Notes: generated by a model not told the origin, from the sequence alone. Positions 28,706 to 37,833 are shown, numbered from the stretch's first letter. The stretch is 64,000 nt of DNA from an uncultured Gammaproteobacteria bacterium (GCA_964643065.1 CAZXPD010000001.1:2925-66924), one strand, 5' to 3'. Made by a program: numbers and translations.

Positions 28706-29182
28706 TCAATCGTTTAAACGGTAATTTATTGCTTTATTAGCTTTGCTATGACGAAAATCATTAAGACATTTTTCTAAATAATTTTTTTCTTCTGCAGTTA
28801 TTGCCTTGTAAAAGCAAACTGAACGATCTTCTTTTTTAGTTCCTGTTGGACGACCGCCACCTTTTCTGTAACCACCATGAGGAAATTGCTTTTTGTAATA
28901 TTCTTTCATGTCGTCATCTATTTTAGCAAATGCCCTTAAGGCTTTAATTCGCTGAATATCAGGGTATTCGGCGCAAAAATCTTCTATAAATTTAATTTTA
29001 ACTTTTACGTTGTCAGAATGTGCGTGATGATCTTTGTTAAAAACCAATGCTTTAAGTTGAATATGTCCCAAGCTTATTCGATAAACTACCTCATCTTTAT
29101 TTTCTGTTTTTTCTAATAATTCAATTGAAAACCGCATGACAAACCTTTTCTTACTTACAGCGTCATCTAACATTTTTACCAT
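28706..29182 (-). CDS. hypothetical phage protein with C-terminal GRP..RHH-like segment
   Basis: GGGRPTGTKKEDRSVCFYKAITAEEKNYLEKCL resembles GRP-plus-ribbon-helix-helix tails of mobile-element DNA-binding proteins. Start uncertain (29218, 29182 or 29173). Confidence 0.45.
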   Translation of the reverse strand: MVKMLDDAVSKKRFVMRFSIELLEKTENKDEVVYRISLGHIQLKALVFNKDHHAHSDNVKVKIKFIEDFCAEYPDIQRIKALRAFAKIDDDMKEYYKKQFPHGGYRKGGGRPTGTKKEDRSVCFYKAITAEEKNYLEKCLNDFRHSKANKAINYRLND

Positions 29183-29237
29183 ATAACACAACTTGTTTAA
29201 AATCAATAGTATAATCAAGATTTATTTTTTAGAAAAA

Positions 29238-29684
29238 TTAGATCAAGTAATTTTTAATTTCATTAATTATCTGTTTCTCATCGTTTGTTGCGAGCAAGAG
29301 ATATGGTCTTGCAGGAATTTTAACTTTTTTATTTTTTCCGGCATTTCCGCCGAATTGGTGGATTGCGGCATAAACTTTATTTGTACCGACAACTGCAGAG
29401 TCATCATCATAATAGCTTGTGATTGAAGAAGCTAACTCTCCCCTCATTTGAAGAATTCTGCCGGGCCAATATCCTTTTTTAGTCCGCTGTTTGATTGTTG
29501 ATTTTGCAAGCGGAGTCCATTTATCTGGTCTTCCTTCTTTTTCAAAATTTTCCTCAACAGAATCCATCATAATTCCTGAGATGTTTTTCATAAGTGGTCT
29601 AAGATTTTCAGCCTTTGATGCCAATTTTTTCAAGCTTTTTTGAAGTTCAACATCATCAATCTTTATTTCGATCGGTTCTTGCAT
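29238..29684 (-). CDS. phage virion morphogenesis protein (Mu gpG-like)
   Basis: EENFEKEGRPDKWTPL...ILQMRGELASSI...VGTNKVYAAIHQFGG. AAGGAG 7 nt before the ATG at 29684. Confidence 0.8.
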   Translation of the reverse strand: MQEPIEIKIDDVELQKSLKKLASKAENLRPLMKNISGIMMDSVEENFEKEGRPDKWTPLAKSTIKQRTKKGYWPGRILQMRGELASSITSYYDDDSAVVGTNKVYAAIHQFGGNAGKNKKVKIPARPYLLLATNDEKQIINEIKNYLI

Positions 29685-30477
29685 TAAATAGCTCCTTAAT
29701 AGGATAATTGGCAATTAAAAGTTCTTTAAACATCTTGTTTTTGCGGTCTTTGTTGTTAATACCGTTAAGTCTTTCTACCGCAATCATTTCAAAATCTTTA
29801 TATAATTCCCTCACTTTTGGGCTGTCATCGTAAGACAATAAAAATCTGCCTTCGATATTTTTCAACAAATCCCTGAGTCTTTCATGGTCAAAGCCTTCTG
29901 TTGATGTTGTTTCATAACCGCAACCGTAAGTATAAGGTGGGTCACAGTAGAACAAGGCTCCGGCATGGTCATATTGGGTTATTAGCTTTTCAAAATCCCT
30001 GTTTTCAACCAATACTTTATCAAGGCGTTTGTGAATTGCATCGATTTTTAGCAAAATATTGCCCTGACTTTTGCTTGCTCCTCCTGAAGATTTTTTAACA
30101 GTACCGAATGTTCCGCCTCTGCCGCCAAAAGAGCGAGTTATTAAAAATAAAAACCTTGCAGCTCTTTGAATATCAGTAATTCCCTCTTGTTTCATAAATT
30201 GCATAAATATTTCACGGGAGCCAAGAAGATAACGTAATTCTTCTTTTAATGCTTCAGGATGATATTTTACGATTCTAAAAAGATTTACAAGCCTGCCGTC
30301 CAAGTCATTGTATATTTCCAAATCTGCCCATCTGTCTTTGTAAAATAAAACCCAGCCAGCACCGCCGAACGGCTCTATATAAGAAAGAATGTCTTTTGGA
30401 ATAAGCGGTTCTATTGTTTTTCTTAAAAGGCGTTTTCCTCCTACCCAGTTTAAAAGTGATTTTGTATCAATTGTCAT
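29656..30477 (-). CDS. DNA N6-adenine methyltransferase (Dam/D12 class), orphan
   Basis: NWVGGKRLL near the N-terminus and FYCDPPYTYG. AGGAGG RBS. No cognate endonuclease adjacent. Confidence 0.9.
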   Translation of the reverse strand: MTIDTKSLLNWVGGKRLLRKTIEPLIPKDILSYIEPFGGAGWVLFYKDRWADLEIYNDLDGRLVNLFRIVKYHPEALKEELRYLLGSREIFMQFMKQEGITDIQRAARFLFLITRSFGGRGGTFGTVKKSSGGASKSQGNILLKIDAIHKRLDKVLVENRDFEKLITQYDHAGALFYCDPPYTYGCGYETTSTEGFDHERLRDLLKNIEGRFLLSYDDSPKVRELYKDFEMIAVERLNGINNKDRKNKMFKELLIANYPIKELFNARTDRNKD

Positions 30478-30491
30478 TTTTATGCCTCCTA

Positions 30492-31319
30492 CTATTTAAC
30501 TCTAAATTCACGCCCTGGATTGTAACTCCAACCGACATCAGGTTCGATTTTATGACCCGTTAAAGGGTCTGTATAAACAGTGACAGGTTTTAACTCGCCG
30601 GTCTTTTTTGAAACAAGCCGCATTTCTTCTGATAACTGCCCCTGTGAAGAATCAACTCCTAAATCTCTGTCTTTGATGTTTTCTTCTAATAAAGCCCTAA
30701 CTCTGCATCTGCAACCCCAACCGTTTGGCGGATAAAAGCTATTCCAAAACTCATCATCATATTTAAAAACTCTATCGTTGAGTTGTGCGTGAGCAGGTCT
30801 TGTTCTTCTGTCCATCACAGCAACATATTGAAAATACGGACGATTCTCCACATTATCAATCTGCTCTTTATACCTGCCTGCCATATAAGCGGTTTGGATG
30901 TTTGTTCGATAAATTGTTTTTAATCTCCAAGGCGATCCAAGCTGAATTGAAATAGGCTCATCACTGTCAGGAACTAGCTTCGCATCATCAATAAGTTTCC
31001 GCTTTTTCAGCTCTTTTCTGACTTCATCAGGAGTGCCTGAGATTATTCCCCACCAGCCTTTGTTCTTGAGTTTTGGCTCAAGTTCTTTTTTGAACTGTTG
31101 CAGGGTTAAACCGTCAGTCATAGACTTTTCGACAATTTCTCTAATATCTTTGAGAATATCTTCTCGCATAACTTTTGCCACGGTAAAAGATTTTTTATGG
31201 GCATCCTGCCAAATTTCTTCCCAATCCCAAGAAAATTTATAACCCTTATCTTTAAGGTATTTTATGGCTCGTTTAGGGGTTAGGCTTATCAAATACTTTA
31301 AATCAGGAGTTTCAGACAT
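30492..31319 (-). CDS. phage head morphogenesis protein (Mu F / SPP1 gp7 family)
   Basis: RTRPAHAQLNDRVFKYDDEFW..YPPNGWGCRCRVRAL. Confidence 0.9.
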   Translation of the reverse strand: MSETPDLKYLISLTPKRAIKYLKDKGYKFSWDWEEIWQDAHKKSFTVAKVMREDILKDIREIVEKSMTDGLTLQQFKKELEPKLKNKGWWGIISGTPDEVRKELKKRKLIDDAKLVPDSDEPISIQLGSPWRLKTIYRTNIQTAYMAGRYKEQIDNVENRPYFQYVAVMDRRTRPAHAQLNDRVFKYDDEFWNSFYPPNGWGCRCRVRALLEENIKDRDLGVDSSQGQLSEEMRLVSKKTGELKPVTVYTDPLTGHKIEPDVGWSYNPGREFRVK

Positions 31320-32463
31320 TTTCTTCCTCCTGTATAACTTTCATAATTTTTCTTGCAATGGTTTCAACAACATGAACGGTGACGGCGTTTCCTGCCATTT
31401 TGTATAGCCTGTTATCAGAGAGTTTTAAATCTCTTGCTTTTTGAACCATATCATCAGGAAATCCCTGAAGCCTGAAACATTCAAGCGGAGTTAATCTTCT
31501 TATTCTGTAGCCGTCAATTGTCCCCGAAATAGTACCCATTTGGCAGTGTGTATCAAGAGTTTGTGAAACTTTCTTGCCGACACGTCCCCGTCTAGTTTTG
31601 CTTTGAGGATAGGATAAATTTATTCCGTCCCCTACCTGTGCTTCTTCAAATCCTTTTTTAGTACCGTTTCTTACTCTCATAATATTTGTACTTATTAGGG
31701 GAGTATCACCGGCTACTTTTAAAGTTTCAACAATATCAGAAGCTTTGTATTGGTTAAATCTTGGCTTGTTTATGAAATACAAGCCTGTTTTTCCGCCTTG
31801 TCCGCCACCTTGTGAGGTCAAACACGAGCTTGTACCGTCTGTTGAATAAACTCTATTCCCTTGAGATTCGCCTTTACTTAAGGGGTGTCTTTCAGGTTTT
31901 CCGATTTTACCAGAATTTTCTGAGCTGACTCCTGTGAGAGGAAATATTTTTCCTGCACATTTTCCTCCAAAACATCCGACAATGAACACTCTTTCCCTGT
32001 TTTGAGGAACGCCGAAGAACTTAGAATTAAGAAGCTGCCATTCAACCCTATACCCAATGTTGGTGAGAATTTTAATGATAGCTGCAAAAGTTCTTCCACT
32101 GTTGTGGCTAAGTAAGCCTTTAACGTTTTCGAGTAAAAAATATTGGGGTTTTTTGTATGACAAAATCCTAGCGATATCAAAGAAGAGTGTGCCTCTTGTG
32201 TCATTAAATCCCCGTCTTTTTCCTGCAATGCTAAAAGCCTGGCAAGGAAATCCTCCAACAAGGATGTCAAAGTCCGGGAGATCTTCGGGTTTGATTTTTG
32301 TTGCATCATGAATCTCTAATTCTCCATCTATATTAAAATATGCCTTGTATAAACTTCTTGAATACGGGTCTATTTCGCAAAATCCGATGCTTTTAAACCC
32401 TGCATTATCAAAAGCAAGCCTAAATCCGCCAATGCCTGAGAACATATCCAAATATCTAATCAT
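31312..32463 (-). CDS. DNA cytosine-5 methyltransferase, orphan
   Basis: Motifs FSGIGG, GFPCQAFS, ENVKGL, QNRERVFIVG, RRLTPLECFRLQGFP and GNAVTV. ATG at 32463. Confidence 0.95.
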   Translation of the reverse strand: MIRYLDMFSGIGGFRLAFDNAGFKSIGFCEIDPYSRSLYKAYFNIDGELEIHDATKIKPEDLPDFDILVGGFPCQAFSIAGKRRGFNDTRGTLFFDIARILSYKKPQYFLLENVKGLLSHNSGRTFAAIIKILTNIGYRVEWQLLNSKFFGVPQNRERVFIVGCFGGKCAGKIFPLTGVSSENSGKIGKPERHPLSKGESQGNRVYSTDGTSSCLTSQGGGQGGKTGLYFINKPRFNQYKASDIVETLKVAGDTPLISTNIMRVRNGTKKGFEEAQVGDGINLSYPQSKTRRGRVGKKVSQTLDTHCQMGTISGTIDGYRIRRLTPLECFRLQGFPDDMVQKARDLKLSDNRLYKMAGNAVTVHVVETIARKIMKVIQEEENV

Positions 32464-33982
32464 CCGCACTTAACCTCCCCCATACTTCTGATATGAAAAA
32501 GATTTTTTGCAATATGGTTTCAATTTGAGTTGTATTTAAGCCTTTTTCTGATAATTTTTCATAAATTTCCTCGTAAGATTTGCTTTTATCAATGATTGTT
32601 AATATTGGCTTTAAAAGTTTTTCTGCCTGCTTTTGAAGTTCTGTATCAGAAAATGAACCGATAAAATCATCAATAGCTTGCTGATCTGGAAACTGTGATT
32701 CTTTTTCTTGGTTGCTCGCATTAAACGGCATTCCGGGCGGGCAAAGCCCGCCCTTCAGCCTCTGCTCGCAATCCGCAAATTCACTAAATACAGGCTTTTT
32801 ATTTTTATCCGGCGCTACCTCTGATACCTCGATATCCTCATTTTCAAAACCATATGTCTTCATAAAATATTCCTTTGTAAACTTGACTCCTGTATCAGCA
32901 AGGGTTTTATCCCTTTGTGACAGGGTTATATCAACGTCTTCCTCCTCGTATAGTTCAAAGCTCGGTATGTCTTTTTCGTTAAAGTTAATCTCGTAAATCC
33001 ATTGAATAAGCTGGTTTAAAGTGCGTTCAACGACCTTTTTATCAGCATCTATAATGTCTTTTCGTACTTCCATATGAGTTTTTGAAGCAGCCAAACTTCC
33101 ACCATTGCCAAGCTCTGTTGTTAAAGTCTGCCCGAGTATTGCTTTTGAAATCTCGGCGTTCATTTTATCTATAAGCTTGTCAAAAACATCAGCAGATGAA
33201 GCTTTAGCTGCTTCCATAATTTCCACACTGGAATCATCAGGAATGACTGCAATTGCATCTTGCACCATAGCTTCGAGCATATCGGCAAGATTATCAGTAT
33301 CTTCCTTGCTTGTTCCTCTTGGATGTTTGCCGACTAAAAACGGCATTCCGTATTTTTCTGTAAATATTACCCAAAATTTTAAGCCGCCTTTTTTAAAAGC
33401 TACAGGCCAGAAAACACGGGATAAGGTTCTTTCTCCATAAGGATTTTCATAACTTGGGTTTGACTGAGGGCATAAAAACTTTCTCTCTGGCAGCTCTTCT
33501 CCGTTGTAATTTTCTTTAGTTCTAAATTTCAACTTATTGTCATCATCAAAACAAAACCATTCAGGAGGCTTAGCTTTGATTTCACTCGGTAAAATTAAAC
33601 TGCCCTGCTTTTTCCAAATAATCTCCAATGGCTGAAAACCAAATAATGAAGCATTTAAAATCTCTGAAATTACAGAGTGCAAATCAATAGATTTGAAAAA
33701 ATCTTCAACAAACTGCGATTGTTGAGTTTTATCCTTGCCTCTATCAATTTCCCACTCAAGAGAAAGAACGCCTGCTTTTCTTGATTGAACACAAGCCCAA
33801 ACGTGAGGGTCGCATAATAGCTCTTTATAAACTCTTATAACCTTGCCCTGTTTTTTCAAGACAGGATCAGGGTCAGGCAAAATCATCCCGAGATTGTAAA
33901 AGTTATACGATCTTTTTCGGGTTGCTATTTCATCAGAAATATTTTTATTTGTCTTTTTATCAATCGAAAAATTTTCTGCCAT
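32456..33982 (-). CDS. phage portal protein (Mu gp29 / DUF935-like)
   Basis: 508 aa, positioned between the terminase and MuF. Size and order match Mu-type portals. Confidence 0.8.
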   Translation of the reverse strand: MAENFSIDKKTNKNISDEIATRKRSYNFYNLGMILPDPDPVLKKQGKVIRVYKELLCDPHVWACVQSRKAGVLSLEWEIDRGKDKTQQSQFVEDFFKSIDLHSVISEILNASLFGFQPLEIIWKKQGSLILPSEIKAKPPEWFCFDDDNKLKFRTKENYNGEELPERKFLCPQSNPSYENPYGERTLSRVFWPVAFKKGGLKFWVIFTEKYGMPFLVGKHPRGTSKEDTDNLADMLEAMVQDAIAVIPDDSSVEIMEAAKASSADVFDKLIDKMNAEISKAILGQTLTTELGNGGSLAASKTHMEVRKDIIDADKKVVERTLNQLIQWIYEINFNEKDIPSFELYEEEDVDITLSQRDKTLADTGVKFTKEYFMKTYGFENEDIEVSEVAPDKNKKPVFSEFADCEQRLKGGLCPPGMPFNASNQEKESQFPDQQAIDDFIGSFSDTELQKQAEKLLKPILTIIDKSKSYEEIYEKLSEKGLNTTQIETILQKIFFISEVWGRLSADD

Positions 33983-34116
33983 ATTTTGCCTTCTAAATTA
34001 TTTATAAATACCGTTTAAAAACCGTTTAAATTTTTCTGTATTGGACTTTTTGTATAAGTTGGGCATCAAACTATGCAAAAGTTTTTAAAGTAGCCTTAAA
34101 TCGTCTTAAATAATTT

Positions 34117-35460
34117 TCAATAACCTTTCGTAAGTTCATAACTTTCCCTTCTTTGTCTTGATGCAATATTTACCGGTCCTGCATTACTTCCTGCAGAATG
34201 AAGAGCAAGAGCCAACGCCCAAAATCTGTCTGCGTGACCTGATGTATCTGATTTTTCAACATCAAATCTAATATTTCCTGCTGATGTTGTTATTCGCCTA
34301 ACCGAGTGCAAATCCTCTCTGATATCGTGTTCAGTAGGAATATACACCGTTTTATCTTCAAAATTTGTTCGTAAATTATACGCAAGTTCTTCTTTGACCT
34401 TGTTTGTGAAGGTTATTGCTTCAACCCTATATTGCCCGAATTTCTTTTGAGCAGTCTCAGCTAACTGCATACCAAGACCTGTTGCATCTATACAGCACCG
34501 TCTTAAATTCTTGTGCTTCAGGATATTTGATAAAATTTCGTCCTGAATATGAAACGGTGTTCGCTCCAATTCCTTTATAGCTCTTGTATATTTAACATTT
34601 CCGAGCAGTTCAAGTATCCAAATAACTGTTAAATCTTTCTTTCTGCCAATATCCATTCCGACAAATAAATCACCGGTTATTTCAGACAATTCCCTATACA
34701 AATCATCAATCTCACAGGTATGAATTAGCTCATATGTTAAAAATGCACTTGCTTCATCTATTGCTTCGCAGCAATATTCCTGCAACCAGGTATATTCATC
34801 AAAACAGTTGTTTCTCTGCTCATTTAACCAATTTTCTTTTTCTTCTTGAGTTGCCTGTTTTTGTAGAATTTTATCGACCAATCCCTCATCAACAGCAAGC
34901 TGTATTGGAGTTGTATGCGACGACCAGTTAAGTTTCCCCTTGTTAACTTGTTCAATAAACTTAAAAAATCTGCAGTTCTGTCCGTTATGGGTAGAAAGAA
35001 TTCTAAGAGGGAATCCCCACGTTACGCAAGGTCTTGCCGCTTTCCATAATTCATCCTGATTATCATGGTGAGCAAACTCATCAAGTACAACTTTTCCGCC
35101 TTTAGAGCGGAATCCTTTAGGATTTGAAGATAGGGCGTGAATTTTTGTGCCGTTCGAAAATTCAATAACAAAGGCTTTAATGTCTTTTTCTGAATCAATA
35201 ACCACATTTCCAAGGGGTTTTGCAGCAATATTGAATAACTTTGTCCATTGCTCACAATAGGCAATATATTCTCTTGCAGCAGATTCATCCGCAGAAGAAA
35301 ACCAGACGGAGGGAACTTTTTTACTTACACAGTCCCTCACGTCCTCGTATGACTGAACGTAAGTAGCACCAATCCTTCTGGATTTTTCCCAGATTTTAAC
35401 TTTGCTGTTATCGCTCAGCCATCTTTGCTGATATGGTAAGAAATACTTATTGAGGTTCAT
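34117..35460 (-). CDS. terminase large subunit
   Basis: N-terminal ATPase EKSRRIGATY (Walker A-like) and VVLDEFAHH (Walker B). C-terminal nuclease half. Follows the small-subunit gene. Confidence 0.85.
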   Translation of the reverse strand: MNLNKYFLPYQQRWLSDNSKVKIWEKSRRIGATYVQSYEDVRDCVSKKVPSVWFSSADESAAREYIAYCEQWTKLFNIAAKPLGNVVIDSEKDIKAFVIEFSNGTKIHALSSNPKGFRSKGGKVVLDEFAHHDNQDELWKAARPCVTWGFPLRILSTHNGQNCRFFKFIEQVNKGKLNWSSHTTPIQLAVDEGLVDKILQKQATQEEKENWLNEQRNNCFDEYTWLQEYCCEAIDEASAFLTYELIHTCEIDDLYRELSEITGDLFVGMDIGRKKDLTVIWILELLGNVKYTRAIKELERTPFHIQDEILSNILKHKNLRRCCIDATGLGMQLAETAQKKFGQYRVEAITFTNKVKEELAYNLRTNFEDKTVYIPTEHDIREDLHSVRRITTSAGNIRFDVEKSDTSGHADRFWALALALHSAGSNAGPVNIASRQRRESYELTKGY

Positions 35461-35875
35461 TTAGCTTTATCCCCAAAACTTCTTCTTCGATAAGTTTTAC
35501 AATATCTTCCGTTAATCCCTTATTTTCTTGCGTTTGCTCTTTTTTAACTGCAACATCTTCGTATTCCTTGATTTTTGTAATCAATGGAAGCATCCGTGTA
35601 AAAGCAAACATTCTGCCAGGGTCAACTTTTTCTCCGTTTGCAAGGTCTTCTTGAATTGAATACATAAGCTTTCTTGCAAATTCATATAATTCCTCATGGA
35701 ATGCCAATTTTGACTTCAAATATTCTCTTTTCTTCTTGTCCCAGTCATTTTCGTCTTTCCAGTTCCTGATAGTTCTTGAACCAAGATTAAGCCTTGAAGC
35801 CACTTCTTCAATTCCAAGAAATTCATATACATAAAGCCTTTCAGCTTCATTGTAGAAAATATGCTTCTTACTCAA
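35447..35875 (-). CDS. putative terminase small subunit (HTH)
   Basis: 142 aa. HTH-like LGIEEVASRLNLGSRTIRNWKDENDW. Overlaps the terminase large subunit start. Confidence 0.55.
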   Translation of the reverse strand: MSKKHIFYNEAERLYVYEFLGIEEVASRLNLGSRTIRNWKDENDWDKKKREYLKSKLAFHEELYEFARKLMYSIQEDLANGEKVDPGRMFAFTRMLPLITKIKEYEDVAVKKEQTQENKGLTEDIVKLIEEEVLGIKLNEPQ

Positions 35876-36131
35876 GGTCAGACTCCATTTTTTGAATTTT
35901 TGATTTTAAGGCCTGCATTTCAAGCACAATGGAATTTAATCTCGCCATTGCCTGAGCTGCCTTATCAGTTTCTAGCCTTGTAACGTCCTCTTCATAAGGG
36001 TTTAAGAAAGAACGGATAAGAATAATCAATCCGGATGCTTCTGTGTCTAGTGATTTAAACTTTTTTCTTAACTCTGCTAATTGCCCTTTATACTGCATTT
36101 TTTCGATGTTCATATAAAACCTCATCGTCAT
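35868..36131 (-). CDS. hypothetical phage protein (coiled coil)
   Basis: 87-aa ORF; the start may be an internal Met. No motif recognised. Confidence 0.4.
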   Translation of the reverse strand: MTMRFYMNIEKMQYKGQLAELRKKFKSLDTEASGLIILIRSFLNPYEEDVTRLETDKAAQAMARLNSIVLEMQALKSKIQKMESDLE

Positions 36132-36378
36132 TGTGTTTTAGTGACCTTTTGAGAATCGGACACCATAAATTAGTGTCTATCTTGCTCTCAATTCGGGACA
36201 AAATCGCTGCGTGGTATTGATTAGTTTCAAGCAAATCTTTTAAAACCTTGAAGTTGTTGTTTATTACATCTTCAAAGGTTTTAACCTGTGATTTGTGGTA
36301 GATGTACCAAATAGCAAAAATCACGGCAGGAAAGCCGATGTTTTTTACAAGCTCGATTAATAAAGCGGTTTCAGACAT
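36088..36378 (-). CDS. small phage membrane protein (one N-terminal TM helix)
   Basis: 96 aa. NIGFPAVIFAIWYIYH hydrophobic helix. First gene of the leftward late operon. Confidence 0.5.
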   Translation of the reverse strand: MSETALLIELVKNIGFPAVIFAIWYIYHKSQVKTFEDVINNNFKVLKDLLETNQYHAAILSRIESKIDTNLWCPILKRSLKHNDDEVLYEHRKNAV

Positions 36379-36394
36379 TTTGCCCCCTAAATTT

Positions 36395-36428
36395 ACTTAG
36401 AAAAGAATTGGCGAATATATTTCGCCAA
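36395..36428 (-). terminator. leader hairpin with U-tract between the leftward late promoter and the first gene
   Basis: Perfect palindrome TTGGCGAA-TATAT-TTCGCCAA (36408-36428), followed on the minus strand by TTCTTTTCT. Confidence 0.4.
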
Positions 36429-36454
36429 AGGAAAAACAGATTGGATTTTTTATC

Positions 36455-36550
36455 ACCATAGCGTTTTGAAAATCCGATTTCAAAGATAGAGTGCCAGACA
36501 AAGTTTTAGTGAAAGTGTCTTTGAAATTACTTTCAGGAAGAGCTTATACT
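36455..36550. promoter_or_regulatory. back-to-back late promoters of the prophage
   Basis: Minus strand: TTGAAA (36483-36478), 17 nt, TATGGT (36460-36455). Plus strand: TTGAAA (36521-36526), 18 nt, TATACT (36545-36550). Confidence 0.4.
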
Positions 36551-36606
36551 CCCTCATATAAATTTCGTTTTAAAAACTTTCAGTAAAAAATAAGAGGATT
36601 AAAAAA

Positions 36607-36786
36607 ATGAATGAAGCTAAAAAATTCTGGCAGTCAAAGACTTTCTGGGTAAACATTTTGTCCGCAGTAGGCATTGCTGTTCAAAGTAAAACGGGTTTTA
36701 TTGTTGATCCATCTATCCAGGCTCTTGGTTTAACTGCTGTTAATACTGCATTAAGAGCGGTAACAAAAGAATCAATTACTTGGTAG
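36607..36786 (+). CDS. small phage membrane protein (holin-like); not in ORF track (59 aa)
   Basis: MNEAKKFWQSKTFWVNILSAVGIAVQSKTGFIVDPSIQALGLTAVNTALRAVTKESITW. RBS AGAGGA upstream. Two hydrophobic segments. Confidence 0.55.
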   Translation: MNEAKKFWQSKTFWVNILSAVGIAVQSKTGFIVDPSIQALGLTAVNTALRAVTKESITW

Positions 36787-36855
36787 GAGGGTGCTAACGC
36801 ACATCATAAGTTAACGATTGAAACAGTAATACTCAATTATAGTGAGGAAGAAGAT

Positions 36856-37833
36856 TTGAAATTTTTTGAAGTATTCAAAGCAGGAAAGTATCCGCAGGGA
36901 GTTTTTTCATCTCAAGATGTCGAAACCCTTGCCAATAACTATGACCCGCAATTCTGTGAAGCCCCTATAACCCTTGACCATGAACAGCGTGGTCCTGCTT
37001 TCGGTTGGGTGTCAGGGTTAAAAGCTGAAAACGGCAAACTAAAAGCATCCTTCAGAGATGTCGCTGATGAGCTTAAAGACTATGTTCAAGCAGGTAAATA
37101 CAAGAAAATCTCTGTTGAGATTTACAGAGAACTTGAAGGCAAAAAACCGTATTTAAAAGCGGTTTCTTTCTTGGGTGCTGCAATTCCACAAGTTAAAGGA
37201 ATGAACCCTGTTGAATTTAAAGAAGGTGAATCAGAAGTTTACGTTTTTGAAATGGAAACAGAAGAACCTGAACTAAAAGAAAATCAGGAGCTTGTTAAGT
37301 TACAGGAGCAGGTTTCAGAATTAGAGAGCCAAATTAAACTCTTTAGCGGTAAAAAAGAAACTACTGAAATAGTCGCTAGCTTACAGGAAAAAGTGCAAGA
37401 AATGTCTGCACAAATCTCTAAAATGCAAGATGATTCAATCGCAAGACAAAAAGCAGAGCTCGAGTTATCAAGACTTCGCCTTCAAATGAGACGTTCTGAG
37501 TTTGAACAATTTTTGAATGAACAGATTGCGTACGGCAATTTAACTCCAAATCAAAGAGATTTGAGTCTTAAAATCCTCATGGTGCTTGATAGTGTGCCTC
37601 AATTCAAACAAGACGATGACTCAGTTGAAGAGTTTAAAGAGCTTTTAAAATCACTGCCAAAGCAGGTTGAGTTCGGCGAATTTGCTACAAAAGACAAGCA
37701 AAAACCGGAAGCTGACTTTGTAGAATTTGTTGGTGCTGATGAAGATAGCCTCGAAATTTACAAAGAGGCAAAACTCTTGAGCGAAAAAGAAAAAATACCG
37801 TTTAAAGATGCATTACTAAAGATTTATAAATAG
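36856..37833 (+). CDS. capsid scaffolding protein/protease (GpO-like N-terminus plus coiled coil)
   Basis: FEVFKAGKYPQG..SSQDVETLANNYDP..APITLDHE resembles the P2 gpO N-terminus. Central coiled coil. Immediately precedes the capsid gene. TTG start after GAGGAAG. Confidence 0.6.
   Translation: MKFFEVFKAGKYPQGVFSSQDVETLANNYDPQFCEAPITLDHEQRGPAFGWVSGLKAENGKLKASFRDVADELKDYVQAGKYKKISVEIYRELEGKKPYLKAVSFLGAAIPQVKGMNPVEFKEGESEVYVFEMETEEPELKENQELVKLQEQVSELESQIKLFSGKKETTEIVASLQEKVQEMSAQISKMQDDSIARQKAELELSRLRLQMRRSEFEQFLNEQIAYGNLTPNQRDLSLKILMVLDSVPQFKQDDDSVEEFKELLKSLPKQVEFGEFATKDKQKPEADFVEFVGADEDSLEIYKEAKLLSEKEKIPFKDALLKIYK

Noticed and set aside
34003-34024. Tandem ACCGTTTAAA repeats upstream of the portal gene and the CGTTTAAACG palindrome at 28720-28729 as a shared regulatory motif.
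   Set aside because: There are only two loci. The motif is short and AT-rich, and one copy lies inside a coding region, so the evidence for a functional site is insufficient.
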